Origin: Escherichia phage ST2
Length of the DNA: 64,000 bases
Strand: one strand, 5' to 3'
Sequence record: OM982647
The position numbers and the translations under genes are program-made. Under the pieces are notes generated by a model, which ran no database searches, was not told the origin of the DNA, and worked only from the letters and a program-made list of their open reading frames with translations. Below are positions 12,228 through 21,947 of the stretch, one piece after another (position 1 is the stretch's first letter; each line of letters opens with the position of its first letter).

Positions 12228-14210
12228 ATGGCACTTCTCTCTCCGGGCGTTGAGCTCAAAGAAACTACCGTACAGAGTACTGTAGTTAATAACTCCACTG
12301 GTACTGCTGCCCTGGCTGGAAAATTCCAATGGGGACCGGCATTCCAGATTAAACAAATCACTGATGAAGTTGCATTAGTTGATATGTTTGGTACTCCTAA
12401 TACGGATACAGCAGATTATTTCATGTCTGCTATGAACTTCCTTCAATATGGTAACGACCTTCGTGTTGTACGCGCAGTCGATCGTGATACTGCTAAGAAC
12501 TCATCTCCTGTAGCAGGTAATATTGAATTCACAATCTCTGCCACTGGTAGTAACTATGCGGTTGGTGATAAAATTATCGTTAAGTATTTGACCGAAACTG
12601 TTGAAGCAGATGGTTATGTCACTTCAGTTGATGTCGATGGTAAAATTCTTAACATTTATATCCCAACTGGTAAAATTATTGCTAAAGCGAAAGAAATCGG
12701 CGAATATCCTGAATTAGGTTCTAACTGGACCGCCGAAGTTGCCAGTTCTTCTTCTGGACTCTCTGGCGTTATTACAATTGGTTCTATCGTAACCGATTCT
12801 GGTATTCTGTTAACTGAAGTTGAAACTTCTGAAGAAGCTATTACTTCTCTAACTTTCCAAGAATCTATTAAAAAATATGGCGTCCCGGGCGTAGTTGCTC
12901 TTTATCCTGGTGAACTTGGCGACCAGCTCGAAATTGAAATCGTATCTAAAGCAGACTATGACAAAGGTGCTTCAGCCCAGTTAAAAATTTATCCTGACGG
13001 TGGCACTCGTGCATCTACTGCTAAAGCAATCTTTGGGTACGGTCCACAGACTGATGACCAATATGCAATTATCGTTCGTCGCAACGACGCGGTAGTCCAG
13101 AGCGTAGTTCTTTCTACTAAACGTGGTGAACGCGATATTTATGGTAGCAATATCTTCATTGATGATTTCTTTGCTAAAGGCGCAAGCAATTATATTTTCG
13201 CTACGGCACAAGGTTGGCCAAAAGGTTTCTCTGGTGTAATCAAACTGAATGGTGGCTTATCATCTAATGAAACGGTTGAAGCCGGTGATTTAATGGAAGC
13301 TTGGGATTTGTTTGCTGACCGTGAATCGGTTAATGCACAGTTGTTTATTGCTGGTTCTTGTGCTGGTGAATCTTTAGAAGTTGCTTCTACAGTTCAGAAA
13401 CATGTTGTAGCAATTGGTGATTCTCGTCAAGATTGCTTGGTTCTTTGCTCACCGCCACGTGCAACTATAGTCGGTATTCCTGTTAATCGTGCAGTTGATA
13501 ATCTGGTTGATTGGCGTACAGCGTCAGGAACTTACACTGATAATAACTTTAATATAAGTTCTACTTATGCTGCTATTGATGGTAACTATAAATATCAATA
13601 TGACAAATATAACGATGTGAATCGTTGGGTTCCATTAGCTGCTGATATCGCCGGTCTTTGTGCTCGAACAGACAATATTTCTCAGCCTTGGATGTCTCCA
13701 GCCGGTTATAACCGTGGACAAATTCTTAACGTTATTAAGCTTGCAATTGAAACTCGTCAAGCACAAAGAGATCGTTTGTACCAGGAAGCTATTAACCCTG
13801 TTACTGGTACCGGTGGTGATGGATATGTTCTGTATGGTGATAAAACTGCCACTTCTGTTCCTTCGCCATTTGACCGTATTAACGTACGTCGTTTGTTTAA
13901 CATGGTTAAAACGAACATTGGTTCGGCATCCAAATACCGCCTATTTGAATTGAACAACGCGTTTACCCGTTCTTCTTTCCGTACAGAGACTTCTCAATAT
14001 CTACAGGGTATTAAAGCTCTTGGTGGTGTATATAACTTTAAAGTTGTTTGTGATACTACCAATAACACCCCAGCAGTTATCGACCGTAATGAATTTGTAG
14101 CTACTTTCTACTTACAACCTGCACGCTCGATAAATTATATTACGTTGAACTTTGTAGCAACAGCAACTGGCGCTGATTTCGACGAACTGATTGGTGCTGT
14201 AGGTGGCTAA
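12228..14210 (+). CDS. 18: contractile tail sheath protein gp18
   Basis: 660 aa (T4 gp18 is 659 aa); MALLSPGVELKETTVQS... N-terminus as in T4. Confidence 0.97.
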   Translation: MALLSPGVELKETTVQSTVVNNSTGTAALAGKFQWGPAFQIKQITDEVALVDMFGTPNTDTADYFMSAMNFLQYGNDLRVVRAVDRDTAKNSSPVAGNIEFTISATGSNYAVGDKIIVKYLTETVEADGYVTSVDVDGKILNIYIPTGKIIAKAKEIGEYPELGSNWTAEVASSSSGLSGVITIGSIVTDSGILLTEVETSEEAITSLTFQESIKKYGVPGVVALYPGELGDQLEIEIVSKADYDKGASAQLKIYPDGGTRASTAKAIFGYGPQTDDQYAIIVRRNDAVVQSVVLSTKRGERDIYGSNIFIDDFFAKGASNYIFATAQGWPKGFSGVIKLNGGLSSNETVEAGDLMEAWDLFADRESVNAQLFIAGSCAGESLEVASTVQKHVVAIGDSRQDCLVLCSPPRATIVGIPVNRAVDNLVDWRTASGTYTDNNFNISSTYAAIDGNYKYQYDKYNDVNRWVPLAADIAGLCARTDNISQPWMSPAGYNRGQILNVIKLAIETRQAQRDRLYQEAINPVTGTGGDGYVLYGDKTATSVPSPFDRINVRRLFNMVKTNIGSASKYRLFELNNAFTRSSFRTETSQYLQGIKALGGVYNFKVVCDTTNNTPAVIDRNEFVATFYLQPARSINYITLNFVATATGADFDELIGAVGG

Positions 14211-14223
14211 TAAGACGCCTGAT

Positions 14224-14241
14224 GGGCTATTTCGGTAGCCC
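14224..14241 (+). terminator. UUCG-tetraloop stem-loop after gene 18
   Basis: GGGCUAU-UUCG-GUAGCCC 14 nt after the gene 18 stop, directly abutting the gene 19 late promoter. Confidence 0.5.
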
Positions 14242-14242
14242 A

Positions 14243-14250
14243 TATAAATA
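14243..14250 (+). promoter_or_regulatory. T4-type late promoter (TATAAATA) for gene 19
   Basis: Exact TATAAATA 73 nt upstream of gene 19 ATG. Confidence 0.65.
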
Positions 14251-14322
14251 TACTATATCGTTTAAAAATTAATTCTATGGGCATCCGGTTAATCCTAAGC
14301 CCATATTACTACAGAGGCTAAT

Positions 14323-14814
14323 ATGTTTGTAGATGACGTAACTCGTGCCTTCGAATCTGGTGATTTCGCTCGCCCTAACCTGTTCGAAGTAGAAATCTCT
14401 TATCTTGGGCAAAACTTTAGCTTCCAGTGTCGTGCTACTGCTCTTCCTGCTGCGATCGTTGAAAAGGTTCCTGTTTCTTATATGAACCGTAAAATTAACG
14501 TGGCCGGTGATCGTACATTCGATGATTGGACTATTACAGTAATGAACGATGATGCTCATAGCATTCGTCAGAAATTTGTTGATTGGCAAGGTATTGCAGC
14601 AGGACAAGGTAATGAAATTACCGGTGGTAAACCTGCTGAATATAAAAAGTCTGCTATCGTTCGTCAATTTGCTCGTGATGCTAAAACTGTCACTAAAGAA
14701 GTTGAAATTGTTGGCTTGTGGCCTACTAACGTTGGCGAAGTATCTCTTGACTGGGACAGCAATAACGAGATTGAAACGTTCGAAGTAACTCTTGCTCTTG
14801 ATTGGTGGGAATAA
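14323..14814 (+). CDS. 19: tail tube protein gp19
   Basis: 163 aa, same length as T4 gp19. Confidence 0.95.
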   Translation: MFVDDVTRAFESGDFARPNLFEVEISYLGQNFSFQCRATALPAAIVEKVPVSYMNRKINVAGDRTFDDWTITVMNDDAHSIRQKFVDWQGIAAGQGNEITGGKPAEYKKSAIVRQFARDAKTVTKEVEIVGLWPTNVGEVSLDWDSNNEIETFEVTLALDWWE

Positions 14815-14821
14815 TCTTGTT

Positions 14822-14835
14822 GGGGAGAAATCCCC
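14822..14835 (+). terminator. GAAA-tetraloop stem-loop after gene 19
   Basis: GGGGA-GAAA-UCCCC 8 nt after gene 19 stop; no U-run, so terminator function uncertain. Confidence 0.4.
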
Positions 14836-14862
14836 AGCTTCCCGTGATGACGGAGAAGTCCA

Positions 14863-14870
14863 TATAAATA
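14863..14870 (+). promoter_or_regulatory. T4-type late promoter (TATAAATA) for gene 20
   Basis: Exact TATAAATA 29 nt upstream of gene 20 ATG. Confidence 0.7.
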
Positions 14871-14898
14871 TAACTATAATTCCCATTCGGAGAATACA

Positions 14899-16470
14899 AT
14901 GAAATTTAATATCTTAAGTTTGTTTGCTCCATGGGCAAAAATGGACGAACGTGATTACAAAGACCAAGAAAAAGAAAATTTAGAATCGATCACCTCACCA
15001 AAATTAGATGACGGCGCTAAAGAATACGAAGTATCTGAAAATGAAGCACAGCAAACATATAATGCTATGTTTCAGAGAATGTTCGGTAGTCAAGAACCAG
15101 GGCTCAAATCAACCCGTGAATTAATTGATACATATCGAAATTTGATGACGAACTATGAAGTGGATAATGCAGTCTCTGAAATAGTTTCCGATGCTATCGT
15201 ATATGAAGATGATACAGAAGTCGTTTCTATAAATTTAGACAACACAAAATTTAGTCCAAATATAAAATCAATGATGTTGGATGAATTTAACGAAGTGTTG
15301 AATCATTTATCTTTCCAACGTAAAGGTTCAGACCATTTTAGGCGTTGGTATGTAGATTCTCGAATTTTCTTCCATAAAATTATTGACCCTAAACGCCCTA
15401 AAGAAGGTATTAAAGAGCTTCGTCGTTTAGACCCACGTCAAGTTCAATATGTCCGTGAAGTTATTACAACCACTGAAGCCGGTGTTAAAATAGTCAAGGG
15501 TTATAAAGAATATTTCATTTATGACACATCACACGAATCTTATGCTTGTGATGGACGCATATATGAAGCTGGCACAAAAATAAAAATCCCTAAAGCCGCG
15601 ATTGTTTATGCCCATTCTGGTTTAGTCGATTGTTGTGGTAAAAATATCATTGGTTATTTGCATCGGGCTATTAAGCCGGCGAACCAATTAAAACTTCTTG
15701 AAGATGCCGTCGTAATTTATCGTATTACTCGTGCTCCCGATCGTCGTGTATGGTACGTTGATACAGGTAATATGCCTTCAAGAAAAGCAGCAGAACATAT
15801 GCAACATGTTATGAATACGATGAAAAACCGTATTGCATATGATGCTACTACAGGCAAGATTAAAAACCAGCAGCATATTATGTCGATGACCGAAGATTAT
15901 TGGTTACAACGACGTGATGGTAAAGCAGTAACAGAAGTTGATACATTACCGGGTGCAGATAATACTGGAAATATGGAAGATGTACGTTGGTTCCGTAATG
16001 CGCTTTATATGGCTTTACGTATTCCTATTACCCGTATTCCAAGCGACCAAGGTGGTATACAGTTTGATGCTGGTACTTCTATTACACGAGATGAATTGTC
16101 ATTTGGTAAATTTATTCGTGAGCTGCAACATAAATTTGAAGAGATATTCCTAGACCCGCTTAAAACCAATTTAATTCTTAAAGGAATTATTACAGAAGAT
16201 GAGTGGAATGATGAAATAAATAATATTAAGATAAAATTTCATCGGGATAGTTATTTCTCGGAATTAAAGGATGCTGAGATTCTGGAGCGTCGCATTAATA
16301 TGCTTCAGATGGCCGAACCATTTATTGGTAAATATATTTCTCACAGAACAGCTATGAAAGATATTCTTCAGATGTCTGACGAGGAAATTGAACAAGAGGC
16401 TAAGCAAATTGAAGAAGAGTCGAAAGAGGCTCGTTTCCAAGACCCCGACCAAGAACAAGAGGATTTTTAA
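14899..16470 (+). CDS. 20: portal vertex protein gp20
   Basis: 523 aa; near-identical to T4 gp20 (524 aa) across the length ([18 protein letters not shown]...). Confidence 0.97.
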   Translation: MKFNILSLFAPWAKMDERDYKDQEKENLESITSPKLDDGAKEYEVSENEAQQTYNAMFQRMFGSQEPGLKSTRELIDTYRNLMTNYEVDNAVSEIVSDAIVYEDDTEVVSINLDNTKFSPNIKSMMLDEFNEVLNHLSFQRKGSDHFRRWYVDSRIFFHKIIDPKRPKEGIKELRRLDPRQVQYVREVITTTEAGVKIVKGYKEYFIYDTSHESYACDGRIYEAGTKIKIPKAAIVYAHSGLVDCCGKNIIGYLHRAIKPANQLKLLEDAVVIYRITRAPDRRVWYVDTGNMPSRKAAEHMQHVMNTMKNRIAYDATTGKIKNQQHIMSMTEDYWLQRRDGKAVTEVDTLPGADNTGNMEDVRWFRNALYMALRIPITRIPSDQGGIQFDAGTSITRDELSFGKFIRELQHKFEEIFLDPLKTNLILKGIITEDEWNDEINNIKIKFHRDSYFSELKDAEILERRINMLQMAEPFIGKYISHRTAMKDILQMSDEEIEQEAKQIEEESKEARFQDPDQEQEDF

Positions 16471-16706
16471 TGGACGATTTAATTCAAGCTATTAAATCAA
16501 ACGACCTCGTTGCTACTCGAAAGTTTTTTGAAAGTGCAATGGCAGAAAAAACGGTTCGTTTGATTGAAGCACGCAAAGCAGAAATCGCTTCTCAATTTTT
16601 GATTGAAGGCGAAGAACCTGAAGAAGAAAAGAAAGCTAAAGCTTCGGAAGACGACGCTGATGAAGGCGATGACGACGAAGACGAAGATGATGAGGACGAT
16701 GAATAA
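16470..16706 (+). CDS. 67: prohead core protein gp67
   Basis: 78 aa with acidic D/E-rich C-terminus; position 20-67-68-21 as in T4; start overlaps gene 20 stop. Confidence 0.85.
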   Translation: MDDLIQAIKSNDLVATRKFFESAMAEKTVRLIEARKAEIASQFLIEGEEPEEEKKAKASEDDADEGDDDEDEDDEDDE

Positions 16707-17131
16707 TGTATCTTATCCCTGAATCTTATGAATTGGTACTCGAAAATGTCGAAGCACTTATTCCTGAAGCACAGGGCCGAATCGATGCATTGTCTTCTGC
16801 TCTCGATATTGACGATATAAATACTATTATCGAGAACATGCTTGAAACTGAAACGGATTTAGCTGTTGCAATGGCTTCCATTATTAATGAAGAACAGTTA
16901 AATGAGTTTATCGTTAAACATGTTTCTTCTCGTGGTGAAGTCACTCGCACTAAAGACCGTAAAACTCGTGAACGTAACGCGTTCCAAACAACTGGTCTTT
17001 CTAAAGCAAAACGTAGACAAATCGCTCGTAAGGTCGTTAAAGCTAAAAAAGCTAACCCTTCAGGCCAAGTTAAAGGCTTGCGTAAGCGTAAAAAGGCTCT
17101 TAAACGTCGTAAAGCATTAGGATTAAGCTAA
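16706..17131 (+). CDS. 68: prohead core protein gp68
   Basis: 141 aa (T4 gp68 is 141 aa); basic C-terminus; overlapping stop/start with 67 and 21. Confidence 0.85.
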   Translation: MYLIPESYELVLENVEALIPEAQGRIDALSSALDIDDINTIIENMLETETDLAVAMASIINEEQLNEFIVKHVSSRGEVTRTKDRKTRERNAFQTTGLSKAKRRQIARKVVKAKKANPSGQVKGLRKRKKALKRRKALGLS

Positions 17132-17772
17132 TGAATAAACCCGAGTTACTTATTGAAACTTGGGGTCAACCCGGTGAGATTATTGATGGCGTTCCAATGT
17201 TGGAATCTCATGATGGAAAAGATTCTGGCTTAAAACCAGGGCTTTATATAGAAGGTATTTTTCTTCAGGCAGAGGTTGTTAACCGAAATAAACGTTTATA
17301 TCCTAAACGCGTTTTGGAAAAAGCAGTAAGTGACTATATTAAAGAACAAGTCGCAACCAAACAAGCCCTTGGAGAATTAAACCATCCACCTCGTGCAAAT
17401 GTTGACCCTATGCAAGCCGCTATCATTATTGAAGATATGTGGTGGAAAGGAAACGATGTATATGGACGTGCTAGAATTATTGAAGGCGACCATGGTCCCG
17501 GCGATAAATTAGCTGCTAATATACGAGCTGGTTGGATTCCAGGTGTTTCCTCTCGTGGTCTTGGTTCTTTAACCGACACCAATAAAGGGTACCGTATCGT
17601 GAACGAAGGATTTAAATTAACCGTCGGCGTAGATGCCGTATGGGGACCTTCTGCTCCAGATGCTTGGGTTACTCCTAAACAAATATCAGAATCAGAAAAT
17701 TCGGTGGAAACCACCAAAAACAGTGCTGATGAAGCATTTAAAGCTCTCGCAGAGAGTTTAAAAGCATTATAA
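17131..17772 (+). CDS. 21: prohead core scaffold protein and protease gp21
   Basis: 213 aa (T4 gp21 is 212 aa); position upstream of 22 and 23. Confidence 0.93.
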   Translation: MNKPELLIETWGQPGEIIDGVPMLESHDGKDSGLKPGLYIEGIFLQAEVVNRNKRLYPKRVLEKAVSDYIKEQVATKQALGELNHPPRANVDPMQAAIIIEDMWWKGNDVYGRARIIEGDHGPGDKLAANIRAGWIPGVSSRGLGSLTDTNKGYRIVNEGFKLTVGVDAVWGPSAPDAWVTPKQISESENSVETTKNSADEAFKALAESLKAL

Positions 17773-17775
17773 ATA
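17768..17775 (+). promoter_or_regulatory. T4-type late promoter (TATAAATA) for gene 22
   Basis: Exact TATAAATA overlapping gene 21 stop, 31 nt upstream of gene 22 ATG. Confidence 0.7.
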
Positions 17776-17805
17776 ATAATGTAATCTAAACCACAGGACA
17801 CTAAA

Positions 17806-18618
17806 ATGATCAAAGAACAACTTTTGAAAGAAGCTCAGAACATCGAGACTTCAGTTGCTCTTAATAGTGTTTTCGAATCAGTAGAACTGTCTCCGGACGT
17901 TAAAGCTAATTTCAGCACTGTATTCGAAGCCACCGTTAAGCAGGAAGCAGTCAAACTGGCTGAATCTCATATCAAAGCCATCGCCGAAAAGGCCGAAGAA
18001 GAAGTTGAAAAGGCCAAAGAAGATGCTGAAGAGAAAGCTGATAAAAAATTGGCTGAACAAGCTTCTAAATTCCTAGACCATCTTGCAAAAGAATGGCTCG
18101 CAGAAAACCAAATCGCAGTTGATAAAGGCATTAAAGCTGATTTGTTCGAATCCATGCTTGGTGGTCTGAAAGAACTGTTTGTTGAACATAACGTTGTTGT
18201 TCCAGAAGAATCTGTAGATGTTGTAGCAGAAATGGAAGAAGAGCTGGCCGAACATAAAGAAGAAACCGCTCGTTTGTTCGAAGAAGTTACCAAACGTGAT
18301 GCATATATCAATTACGTTCAGCGTGAAACCGCTATTAATGAAAGCGTAAAAGACCTGACTGAATCTCAGAAAGAAAAAGTTATTGGCCTGGTTGAAGGTA
18401 TGGATTATTCTGACGCATTTGGTACTAAGTTAACTGCTATTGTAGAAATGGTTAAAGGTTCTACTAAAGAAGAAGCCGCTATTACCGAAAGTATAAATAC
18501 AGTTGACAATGACGCTGCCGGTCTTAATTTTGTTGCCGAAGCAGTTGACACTACCACAACTCAGGTAGAACAGAATTCTAATGTAAGTTTATATGCGAAA
18601 GTCGCATCTCGTTTCTAA
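17806..18618 (+). CDS. 22: major prohead scaffolding core protein gp22
   Basis: 270 aa, E/K/A-rich helical protein as T4 gp22 (269 aa). Confidence 0.92.
   Translation: MIKEQLLKEAQNIETSVALNSVFESVELSPDVKANFSTVFEATVKQEAVKLAESHIKAIAEKAEEEVEKAKEDAEEKADKKLAEQASKFLDHLAKEWLAENQIAVDKGIKADLFESMLGGLKELFVEHNVVVPEESVDVVAEMEEELAEHKEETARLFEEVTKRDAYINYVQRETAINESVKDLTESQKEKVIGLVEGMDYSDAFGTKLTAIVEMVKGSTKEEAAITESINTVDNDAAGLNFVAEAVDTTTTQVEQNSNVSLYAKVASRF
18492..18499 (+). promoter_or_regulatory. T4-type late promoter (TATAAATA) embedded in the 3' end of gene 22, candidate promoter for gene 23
   Basis: Exact TATAAATA inside gene 22 coding sequence, 137 nt upstream of gene 23 ATG; no closer TATAAATA exists. Confidence 0.5.
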
Positions 18619-18635
18619 TTTAAAGGTTAACACAA

Positions 18636-20204
18636 ATGACTACTATCAAAACTAAAGCTCAGCTCGTAGACAAATGGAAAGAATTGCTGGAAGGTGAAGG
18701 CCTGCCGGAAATCGCTAATAGCAAGCAGGCTATTATCGCTAAAATCTTCGAAAACCAGGAAAAAGATTTCGAAGTATCCCCTGAATATAAAGACGAGAAA
18801 ATCGCTCAGGCATTTGGTTCTTTCTTGACCGAAGCTGAAATTGGTGGTGACCACGGTTATAATGCTCAGAACATCGCAGCAGGTCAAACCTCTGGTGCAG
18901 TAACCCAAATTGGGCCGGCAGTTATGGGTATGGTTCGTCGTGCTATTCCTAATCTGATCGCTTTTGATATTTGTGGTGTTCAGCCTATGAACAGCCCTAC
19001 CGGTCAGGTATTTGCTCTCCGTGCAGTATATGGTAAAGACCCTATCGCTGCTGGCGCTAAAGAAGCTTTCCATCCGATGTATGCCCCAGACGCGATGTTC
19101 TCTGGACAGGGTGCTGCTAAGAAATTCCCAGCTCTGGCTGCCGACACTACTACTGTTGTAGGTGATATCTATACTCACTTCTTCCAAGAAACTGGTACTG
19201 TATATCTGCAAGCTTCTGCTGTCGTAACACTTGATTCTGGTGCAACTGATGCAGCTAAATTAGATGCTGAAATTAAGAAACAAATGGAAGCTGGTGCACT
19301 GGTAGAAATCGCTGAAGGTATGGCTACTTCTATCGCTGAACTCCAGGAAGGTTTCAACGGTTCTACCGACAACCCGTGGAACGAAATGGGCTTCCGTATC
19401 GACAAACAAGTTATTGAAGCTAAATCTCGTCAGCTGAAAGCAGCTTACTCCATCGAATTGGCACAAGACCTCCGTGCAGTACACGGTATGGATGCTGATG
19501 CTGAACTGAGCGGTATTCTTGCTACTGAAATTATGCTAGAAATCAACCGTGAAGTTGTTGATTGGATTAACTACTCGGCACAGGTTGGTAAATCTGGTAT
19601 GACCCTGACTCCGGGTTCTAAAGCTGGCGTATTTGACTTCCAGGACCCGATTGATATCCGTGGTGCTCGTTGGGCCGGTGAAAGCTTTAAATCTCTGTTG
19701 TTCCAGATTGATAAAGAAGCAGTTGAAATTGCTCGTCAAACCGGTCGTGGTGAAGGTAACTTCATTATCGCTTCCCGTAACGTAGTTAACGTACTGGCTT
19801 CAGTTGACACTGGTATTTCTTACGCTGCACAGGGTCTGGCTTCTGGTTTTAATACCGACACTACTAAGTCTGTATTTGCCGGTGTACTTGGTGGTAAATA
19901 CCGCGTATACATCGACCAGTATGCTAAACAGGATTACTTCACCGTTGGTTACAAAGGCGCTAACGAAATGGATGCAGGTATTTACTATGCTCCTTACGTT
20001 GCACTTACCCCACTGCGTGGTTCCGATCCTAAGAACTTCCAGCCGGTAATGGGCTTTAAAACTCGTTACGGTATCGGTGTTAACCCGTTTGCTGAAAGTT
20101 CCCTGCAGGCTCCAGGTGCTCGCATCCAGTCCGGTATGCCGTCTATCCTGAACAGCCTTGGTAAGAACGCTTACTTTAGACGCGTCTACGTTAAAGGAAT
20201 TTAA
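18636..20204 (+). CDS. 23: major capsid protein gp23
   Basis: 522 aa (T4 gp23 is 521 aa); MTTIKTKAQLVDKWKELLEGEGLPEIANSKQAII... N-terminal propeptide and body as in T4. Confidence 0.98.
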   Translation: MTTIKTKAQLVDKWKELLEGEGLPEIANSKQAIIAKIFENQEKDFEVSPEYKDEKIAQAFGSFLTEAEIGGDHGYNAQNIAAGQTSGAVTQIGPAVMGMVRRAIPNLIAFDICGVQPMNSPTGQVFALRAVYGKDPIAAGAKEAFHPMYAPDAMFSGQGAAKKFPALAADTTTVVGDIYTHFFQETGTVYLQASAVVTLDSGATDAAKLDAEIKKQMEAGALVEIAEGMATSIAELQEGFNGSTDNPWNEMGFRIDKQVIEAKSRQLKAAYSIELAQDLRAVHGMDADAELSGILATEIMLEINREVVDWINYSAQVGKSGMTLTPGSKAGVFDFQDPIDIRGARWAGESFKSLLFQIDKEAVEIARQTGRGEGNFIIASRNVVNVLASVDTGISYAAQGLASGFNTDTTKSVFAGVLGGKYRVYIDQYAKQDYFTVGYKGANEMDAGIYYAPYVALTPLRGSDPKNFQPVMGFKTRYGIGVNPFAESSLQAPGARIQSGMPSILNSLGKNAYFRRVYVKGI

Positions 20205-20233
20205 TGCTTTAACGTTAAAATACATAACCTTAT

Positions 20234-20251
20234 GGGAGACTTCGGTCTCCC
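20234..20251 (+). terminator. intrinsic terminator GGGAGAC-UUCG-GUCUCCC + U5 after gene 23
   Basis: Perfect 7-bp stem with UUCG tetraloop followed by CAUUUUUGG, 30 nt after gene 23 stop; same 18-mer as at 878, 42737 and 57467. Confidence 0.75.
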
Positions 20252-20261
20252 ATTTTTGGTT

Positions 20262-20531
20262 TTATTTCTGTGCAATTTCGATGTAAGTTTTCAAAATATT
20301 TTGCCAATTAGGCATACCTTCTTGGACATATGCTGGAGAACCGTCTTTGTTTTTGAATGATGCAAGTTTATCAGTGGCCCAATAACCTTTAGCTCGAGCT
20401 TCAGAATCAACTTTCATCCATACTTTGTTGAAGGCATTACCATTAACTTTTGCACCATATTTTTCTACTAACTTAACTGCTTCAGCTTCCAGAACTTTTA
20501 AAGTATCTCTTAAGAAACGTGCTTTAGTCAT
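20262..20531 (-). CDS. hypothetical early protein (89 aa) in the 23-24 intergenic slot
   Basis: ATG start with GAGGAG Shine-Dalgarno, own early-type promoter upstream; no family recognised by eye; occupies the position of segD in T4. Confidence 0.55.
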   Translation of the reverse strand: MTKARFLRDTLKVLEAEAVKLVEKYGAKVNGNAFNKVWMKVDSEARAKGYWATDKLASFKNKDGSPAYVQEGMPNWQNILKTYIEIAQK

Positions 20532-20560
20532 TTTGTTTACTCCTCTGTAGTTGATAAGTC

Positions 20561-20591
20561 TATAGTATCACATACCAAATACGTTGTAAAC
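20561..20591 (-). promoter_or_regulatory. T4 early-type promoter (GTTTAC -35, 17-bp spacer, TGnnATACTAT extended -10) for the 89-aa ORF
   Basis: Minus-strand GTTTAC at 20586-20591 and -10 region at ~20561-20568; same architecture as other early promoters in the window. Confidence 0.6.
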
Positions 20592-20597
20592 AATCTT

Positions 20598-20605
20598 TAT
20601 AAATA
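20598..20605 (+). promoter_or_regulatory. T4-type late promoter (TATAAATA) for gene 24
   Basis: Exact TATAAATA 28 nt upstream of gene 24 ATG. Confidence 0.7.
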
Positions 20606-20632
20606 ATCTATATCACATAAGGAAAAAATGCA

Positions 20633-21916
20633 ATGAGTAAAATCCAAAAATTATTGCGTGAATCTACAACGTCTACTAGCAACTCAATCGGTCGCCCAAA
20701 TCTCGTTGCTTTGACTCGCGCTACGACTAAATTAATATATTCTGACATTGTAGCAACACAAAGAACTAATCAACCTGTTGCTGCTTTTTATGGTATCAAA
20801 TATCTTAACCCAGATAACGAATTCACATTTAAAACTGGTGCTACTTATGCGGGTGAAGTTGGATATGTAGACCGAGAAAAAATTACTGAGCTCACAGAAG
20901 AATCAAAAGTCACACTAAATAAAGGCGATTTTTTCAAATATAATAATATCGTCTATAAAGTGTTAGAAGATACACCATTTGCAGATATTCAAGAAAGTGA
21001 TCTAGAATTAGCTCTTCAGATTGCAGTCGTTCATTTAAAGGTACGGTTATTTTCAGATGCAGCGGTAACAAGCAAATTTGAAAGCTCTGGTAGCGAAATT
21101 TCTGATGCAAGATTCCAGATTAATAAATGGCAAACTTCAGTCAAATCTCGTAAACTTAAAACCGGCCTCACTGTTGAATTAGCGCAAGATTTGGAAGCGA
21201 ATGGATTTGATGCCCCTAACTTCTTAGAAGATTTGCTTGCTACTGAAATGGCTGATGAAATTAATAAAGATATTCTTCAGTCTTTAATTACTGTATCGAA
21301 ACGTTATAAAGTTACTGGAATTACTGACACTGGATTTATTGACTTGAGCTATGCATCCGCTCCAGAAGCAGGTCGTTCATTATATCGAATGGTGTGTGAA
21401 ATGGTATCACACATTCAAAAAGAGACAACTTATACTGCAACGTTTTGTGTAGCCTCAGCCCGTGCAGCTGCTATTCTTGCTGCTTCCGGTTGGTTAAAAC
21501 ATAAGCCAGAAGATGACAAGTATCTTTCACAAAATGCTTATGGATTCTTGGCAAATGGATTACCTCTTTACTGCGATACCAACAGCCCGTTAGATTATGT
21601 TATTGTGGGTGTTGTAGAAAATATCGGCGAAAAAGAAATTGTAGGGTCCATCTTTTATGCTCCATACACTGAAGGAGTAGATTTAGATGACCCGGAACAT
21701 GTTGGTGCATTTAAAGTTGTAGTTGATCCAGAAAGCTTGCAACCGTCTATCGGATTATTGGTTAGATATGCTTTATCAGCAAATCCTTACACAGTAGCAA
21801 AAGACGAAAAAGAAGCGAGAATAATTGATGGTGGGGACATGGATAAAATGGCAGGACGTTCAGACTTGTCTGTTTTACTCGGTGTTAAATTGCCTAAAAT
21901 TATTATAGATGAATAA
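20633..21916 (+). CDS. 24: capsid vertex protein gp24
   Basis: 427 aa, same length as T4 gp24; gp23 paralogue fold signature (…ELAQDLEA…). Confidence 0.95.
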   Translation: MSKIQKLLRESTTSTSNSIGRPNLVALTRATTKLIYSDIVATQRTNQPVAAFYGIKYLNPDNEFTFKTGATYAGEVGYVDREKITELTEESKVTLNKGDFFKYNNIVYKVLEDTPFADIQESDLELALQIAVVHLKVRLFSDAAVTSKFESSGSEISDARFQINKWQTSVKSRKLKTGLTVELAQDLEANGFDAPNFLEDLLATEMADEINKDILQSLITVSKRYKVTGITDTGFIDLSYASAPEAGRSLYRMVCEMVSHIQKETTYTATFCVASARAAAILAASGWLKHKPEDDKYLSQNAYGFLANGLPLYCDTNSPLDYVIVGVVENIGEKEIVGSIFYAPYTEGVDLDDPEHVGAFKVVVDPESLQPSIGLLVRYALSANPYTVAKDEKEARIIDGGDMDKMAGRSDLSVLLGVKLPKIIIDE

Positions 21917-21924
21917 ACGAAAAA

Positions 21925-21940
21925 GGGACCGTAAGGTCCC
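21925..21940. terminator. bidirectional intrinsic terminator between convergent genes 24 and rnlB
   Basis: A5-GGGACC-GUAA-GGUCCC-U5: GC stem flanked by A-run and T-run, so a U-tract follows the hairpin on either strand. Confidence 0.8.
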
Positions 21941-21947
21941 TTTTTCG

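Noticed and set aside
14277-14304. 6-bp inverted repeat (ATGGGC…GCCCAT) in the gene 19 leader
   Set aside because: Short arms with a 16-nt loop; weak and not distinguishable from chance.
14275-14886. 203-aa minus-strand ORF spanning the whole of gene 19
   Set aside because: Lies antisense to the tail tube gene, which is the same length as T4 gp19; translation is low-complexity and lacks a ribosome-binding site. Long antisense ORFs are expected by chance in AT-rich genomes.
17334-17813. 159-aa minus-strand ORF antisense to gene 21
   Set aside because: Fully embedded in the conserved prohead protease gene on the opposite strand; no start signals.
19800-20225. 141-aa minus-strand ORF antisense to the 3' end of gene 23
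   Set aside because: Embedded in the major capsid gene; the composition is atypical and there is no promoter or Shine-Dalgarno.
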